In this document: positions 60,461 through 64,000 of the stretch, piece after piece | Layout: each line of letters starts with the position of its first letter | Position numbering within the stretch: the stretch's first letter is position 1 | Origin: an uncultured Pseudomonadota bacterium | GTDB lineage: Bacteria; Pseudomonadota; Alphaproteobacteria; Rs-D84 | Length of the DNA stretch: 64,000 nt | Direction of reading: 5' to 3' | Assembly: GCA_902762295.1 (NCBI GenBank) | Contig: CACWNX010000001.1 | Coordinates: forward strand, 596,094-660,093 | Notes under the pieces: model-generated | Databases searched by the model: none | Seen by the model: only the letters and a program-made list of their open reading frames with translations | What the model was told of the DNA's origin: nothing | Made by a program: the position numbers and the translations under genes

Positions 60461-61618
60461 ATGAGAATATCGCGTCGGAATCTTTTGCAAATTACGGGCG
60501 TTGGAATTGTTATTGCGGGGCTTTTGCCGCGTATGGCGTTTGCTGCGCGTAATTCATTGAAGTCTATGCGCACCGGGGTCCAGCCGAATGGTAAAACACG
60601 TCTTGTAATTGAAACGGCAAACCGCCCGTCATATACATTGGTTTACGGTGAAAATACATTGACGGTTAAGTTATCAAATACGCACGGGGACAAATCTGTA
60701 AATGCAAAGTTGGCATCGGGCACATTGGTAAAATCTATAAGTCAAACCCAAGTAGGCGATTCACTGAATATTGTTGCAGATTTAAAAAAACATGTCGCCG
60801 ATATTCCAAAGAATCAAATTATGATTTTAGAACCAAATGGTGATAATGATTATCGGTTGGTTCTGGATTTTGTGGCGGGAACATCGGGGACCAAGGCAAC
60901 GGCAAAAAACGAAAATGATAATGCAACTAAATCTGCAACAAAGAAGCATATAATTGTTGTTGATGCGGGACATGGTGGCAAGGACCCAGGCTGTATTGGA
61001 CGTGGCGGAACAAAAGAAAAAACGATTGTTTTATCGGTTGCACGCAAATTGCGTAATGCATTGCAATCTGCGGGTTTTGGTGTATATTTAACGCGAAATG
61101 ATGATACATATTTAAAATTGAATGAACGTTCTGCGATTGGTGAAAAACGACGCGCAGATTTGTTCTTGTCAATTCACGCGAATGCGAACCCAAGTCGTGC
61201 AATGAAAGGATTTTCTATTTATACATTGTCCGAAAAGGCATCTGACGAAGAGGCACAAAAACTTGCAGATGCCGAAAATGCAGCGGACAAGATCGATGTT
61301 TCTGGGTTTGAAAGTTTTTCCAAAGATATTCGTATCGCCTTATCATCACTGCAACAACACGCCGTTGCAGAAATGTCCGAAGAATATGCAAATGGTTGCG
61401 CACGTGCGTTTAATCGCGCAGGAATAGAGCAACAGCCTGGACCTGCGGTTCGTCATGCGCCATTGGCAGTACTGCGTTCGACTGTGCCGGGTGCGCTGAT
61501 TGAATGCGGGCATTTATCAAATTCAGCCGAAGAAAAATTACTGAAAAGTTCTGCGCACCAGGATAAATTAGTCGCGGCAATTGTAAAATCTGTAAAAAAT
61601 TATGATTTTGAGGCATAA
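60461..61618 (+). CDS. amiC: N-acetylmuramoyl-L-alanine amidase AmiC-like (Tat signal, AMIN domain, Amidase_3 domain)
   Basis: Twin-arginine signal SRRNLLQITGVGIVIAGLLPRMAFA. AMIN-type N-domain. Catalytic domain begins IIVVDAGHGGKDPG. Confidence 0.85.
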   Translation: MRISRRNLLQITGVGIVIAGLLPRMAFAARNSLKSMRTGVQPNGKTRLVIETANRPSYTLVYGENTLTVKLSNTHGDKSVNAKLASGTLVKSISQTQVGDSLNIVADLKKHVADIPKNQIMILEPNGDNDYRLVLDFVAGTSGTKATAKNENDNATKSATKKHIIVVDAGHGGKDPGCIGRGGTKEKTIVLSVARKLRNALQSAGFGVYLTRNDDTYLKLNERSAIGEKRRADLFLSIHANANPSRAMKGFSIYTLSEKASDEEAQKLADAENAADKIDVSGFESFSKDIRIALSSLQQHAVAEMSEEYANGCARAFNRAGIEQQPGPAVRHAPLAVLRSTVPGALIECGHLSNSAEEKLLKSSAHQDKLVAAIVKSVKNYDFEA

Positions 61619-61865
61619 AATCAAAAAATCCGCGATTGCGGATTTTTAACATTTTAATCTGGCGGAGATAGGTTTCTGTCCTTGATAAACAATAATCAAA
61701 ATCTATAAAAATCTTGTTCCGGCGATTTTTATGATTTTTCTAATTGTTCATCTGCGTATTGTGCGCTGCGTTCTGTGGGACTCGCACACATCCCCCTATC
61801 TCCTTGGTTAAAATCAAAAAATCCGCGATTGCGGATTTTTAACATTTTAATCTGGCGGAGATAGG
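61617..61865. repeat. 56-bp direct repeat (61617-61672 and 61810-61865) bracketing a 137-bp insert downstream of tRNA-Ser
   Basis: aaaatcaaaaaatccgcgattgcggatttttaacattttaatctggcggagatagg twice: the tRNA 3' end plus its terminator hairpin. The insert ends in ccccctatctcc, an inverted copy of the tRNA acceptor/T-stem. Confidence 0.85.
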
Positions 61866-61943
61866 GGGATTCGAACCCTCGATACAGTTTCCTGTATACG
61901 CGATTTCGAGTCGCGCGCATTCAACCAGCTCTGCCATATCTCC
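61853..61943 (-). tRNA. tRNA-Ser (anticodon CGA), long variable arm
   Basis: GGAGATA acceptor, anticodon loop CTCGAAA, extended variable arm, T-loop TTCGAAT, encoded CCA. Confidence 0.9.
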
Positions 61944-62071
61944 GGTGCCGGCATTATACACAACCTAAGATGTTTTGCAAGGTGAAAGTTCAAAATGTTA
62001 TATATTTTAGGTCGTTTGACTTTCTTGGAAAAATTTTATATTGTTAACACTAAGAAACAGGTGTTTATATA

Positions 62072-62416
62072 ATGTCCGGATTCTATAACGATGTTTATAA
62101 AATTGTAGAAAAAATTCCATATGGGCGTGTCGCCACATTTGGTCAAATTGCGTGTATGATTGGGCGACCGCGTATGGCGCGTTTCGTTGGATATGCATCA
62201 AATAATAAAAAGTATTGGCATCTGCCGTGGCATCGCGTAGTTTTTCGCGATGGAACACTGATTGGCGAACCGTATCGTGATATGCAGTACCGAACTCTGA
62301 AATCCGAAGGCGTAAATTTTACACACGACCGGCGCGTAAAATTACCCGATTTTCAGTGGCATCCCGAAAGCGAAACGGCCCCCGCAGATATTCGCGATTG
62401 GCCGTTAAAGTTTTAG
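62072..62416 (+). CDS. alkyltransferase-like (ATL) protein: MGMT DNA-binding domain with Trp replacing the active-site Cys
   Basis: MGMT C-domain helix-turn-helix (GRVATFGQIACMIGRPRMARFVG); the active-site PCHRV is replaced by PWHRVV. Confidence 0.7.
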   Translation: MSGFYNDVYKIVEKIPYGRVATFGQIACMIGRPRMARFVGYASNNKKYWHLPWHRVVFRDGTLIGEPYRDMQYRTLKSEGVNFTHDRRVKLPDFQWHPESETAPADIRDWPLKF

Positions 62417-63177
62417 TTTTTTCGCCTGGATCTCTTTTTTTCGCCAGTAATGTATTTTTGATGTGTGATTTTATCAAGAATCATTTCCGGACTGATATGT
62501 TTAAACATTAAAAACCAATTGCGCCCGCCTGTGGTCTTGGCCCGAACGCGTGCGCGCGCATCGGCAACTGTGTTTGGTGCCGGCACAATAACATCATCGC
62601 CTGGAATCCATTCGGCCGGGGTTGCAACACGAAATGCATCGGATGTCTGCAACGCAATCAGCACGCGTTTAATTTCGGTGATATTGCGCCCAACCGCTTT
62701 TGGATAATAGAGTATTGTTCGCACAATTCCACGTGGGTCAATTATAAAGACTGCGCGAATCGTGTCTGTATTGCCCGATGCATCATGAATCATTCCGTAT
62801 TTATGTGCGACCATTCCGGTATTATCGGCGATAATTGGGAACATAATTTCCATGTTTTTCCATCCTGAAAAGACAACATCATTCTGAATCGCCTGAATCC
62901 AGGCGATATGTGATGCATTTGAATCAACCGATAATCCCAACAGTTCTGTGTTTAATGCCCGAAATTCATCGTACATAGATTGAAATGTCATAAATTCGGT
63001 TGTACAGACCGGCGTAAAATCACCGGGGTGCGAAAAGAATACAACCCATTTGCCGCGATAATCGTGCGGAAAGTTGATATATCCATTGGTAGAATTTGCG
63101 CCAAATTCTGGGGCCATTTCACCGATATTCGGCATATGGTTGCATTTGTAGTCGGCATCGTTGTTAAAATCATTCAT
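62413..63177 (-). CDS. 1-Cys peroxiredoxin (Prx6-type) with basic C-terminal tail
   Basis: FTPVCTTE peroxidatic-Cys motif; no resolving Cys in the usual 2-Cys position. GGGAG SD before ATG 63177. Confidence 0.85.
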   Translation of the reverse strand: MNDFNNDADYKCNHMPNIGEMAPEFGANSTNGYINFPHDYRGKWVVFFSHPGDFTPVCTTEFMTFQSMYDEFRALNTELLGLSVDSNASHIAWIQAIQNDVVFSGWKNMEIMFPIIADNTGMVAHKYGMIHDASGNTDTIRAVFIIDPRGIVRTILYYPKAVGRNITEIKRVLIALQTSDAFRVATPAEWIPGDDVIVPAPNTVADARARVRAKTTGGRNWFLMFKHISPEMILDKITHQKYITGEKKRSRRKN

Positions 63178-63447
63178 AGAAAGCTCCCTTGGTTATATAA
63201 GTTGATGCATTATACCAAAGATATTTATATGTGTCCCCAAGACTGATTTCTTATGGTGTCACAGGAATCGCAAAATCAAATCATGCACAGTTAATATTTT
63301 ACTATTACAACCAAACAAGGTATGTTTTCTTTCTGTCGCGTTTCAAGGCATAATTCAGACGGATACTCTTCATACAAACGTTCAGATAATAAAACAATTT
63401 TTCAATTATAATAATAAAAATACCCCACGACTATGGGACAAATAACC

Positions 63448-63643
63448 GCTTTTTTATAATGGGACGGATGACCGGATTGTTTCACCAATATTGTCCCATT
63501 TGCTTTCGCAAACCGGCGCACTTCCGTTCGCCTTGGGTCAATATTTCGAACCGGCTGCTTCGCCGGTTCAAACCCGAACATTCACGATTATAAAAAATCG
63601 CCCCAAATGGGACGCTTTTTTATAATGGGGCGGATGACCGGAT
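63448..63643. repeat. ~31-bp duplication of the tRNA-His 3' end plus flank (63448-63478 and 63613-63643) bracketing a ~134-bp insert
   Basis: gcttttttataatggg(a/g)cggatgaccggatt twice. The insert contains the tRNA-like fragment cagccggttcgaaatattgacc (compare the His T-arm gccggttcgaatccggtc). Confidence 0.8.
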
Positions 63644-63703
63644 TCGAACCGGCGACATTCGGTACCACAAACCGACGCTCTAACCAGCTGAGCTACATCC
63701 GCC
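63626..63703 (-). tRNA. tRNA-His (anticodon GTG) with encoded G-1
   Basis: Extra 5' G pairing with C73 (the His identity element). Anticodon loop TTGTGGT. T-loop TTCGAAT. Encoded CCA. Confidence 0.85.
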
Positions 63704-63808
63704 ATGCGAAACGCAGTCTAACATTAAAATATCCGGTTTTCAACATTTTTCTTTACATACCCCGAAAACAATGCATAATACCACAAAATCACAGAAAAAG
63801 GATATATT

Positions 63809-64000
63809 ATGGAACATCTTATTAGCATGTATGCCACATTGCAAACAAATCCCGTTAAAGTGTCTTACCCGAAAAATCAACCTTCTATAGATTCTGAAAA
63901 ATCTGTAATTAAAGATTTCAAATGGGACCATGATTTTATCACTTTTTACCATTTTGGTCCATATGAACTTAAACATGTTGAAATTGAACGCCGTTATAAC
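63809..64000 (+). CDS. 5' part of an unidentified gene running off the window end
   Basis: AAAGGA SD before ATG 63809. 64 codons open to the window edge (MEHLISMYATLQTNPVKVSYPKNQPS...). Confidence 0.4.
   Translation, partial: MEHLISMYATLQTNPVKVSYPKNQPSIDSEKSVIKDFKWDHDFITFYHFGPYELKHVEIERRYN

Overview
Single contiguous bacterial chromosomal segment, AT-rich (roughly 40% GC by eye), with dense housekeeping content. The gene set (partial frr, lepB-rnc, secG, bamD, murJ, a Tat-signal amiC, mlaFED plus a pqiC-like lipoprotein, an RNase E with an acidic S1-domain insertion, a surface-antigen-like β-barrel protein ending in Phe) fits a Gram-negative, probably alphaproteobacterial, possibly host-associated organism; this is inference and the taxon cannot be named from sequence alone. 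The window holds about 70 CDS and 10 tRNA genes (two Ala, two Arg, Gly, Lys, Met, Ser, His). I found no rRNA, no CRISPR array, and no transposase or integrase gene. Recognisable genes include lepB, rnc, era, queA, tgt, a GMP-reductase-family gene, RNase J, lysS, rpsU, an MsbA-like ABC exporter, ackA, a Pif1-family helicase, rimI-tsaB, obg, rubrerythrin, a 1-Cys peroxiredoxin, and prfB with its canonical +1 programmed frameshift. Between these lie many lineage-specific ORFs: a 1424-aa membrane protein with Pro-rich repeats, an 876-aa coiled-coil protein, a 462-aa and a 378-aa ORFan, a secreted GH24-lysozyme-like protein, and an EF-hand membrane protein. The most unusual structure is recurrent: six of the ten tRNA genes carry a short (100-190 bp) insert at their 3' end. 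Each insert is bracketed by a direct repeat that duplicates the tRNA 3' terminus (T-loop to CCA) plus the downstream terminator, and the inserts share T-arm-like sequence (an 18-bp core is identical at two loci). This looks like a family of miniature tRNA-3'-end-targeting elements or att-site scars that I cannot assign to a known element class. Other notable points: a Lon homologue that ends exactly at the AAA+/protease junction; a two-member family of secreted proteins with conserved N- and C-terminal modules, one copy behind a σ70 promoter and a roughly 220-nt terminator-ended leader; and an alkyltransferase-like (Cys to Trp) MGMT homologue. All calls rest on reading the translations and DNA by eye; no database search was possible.
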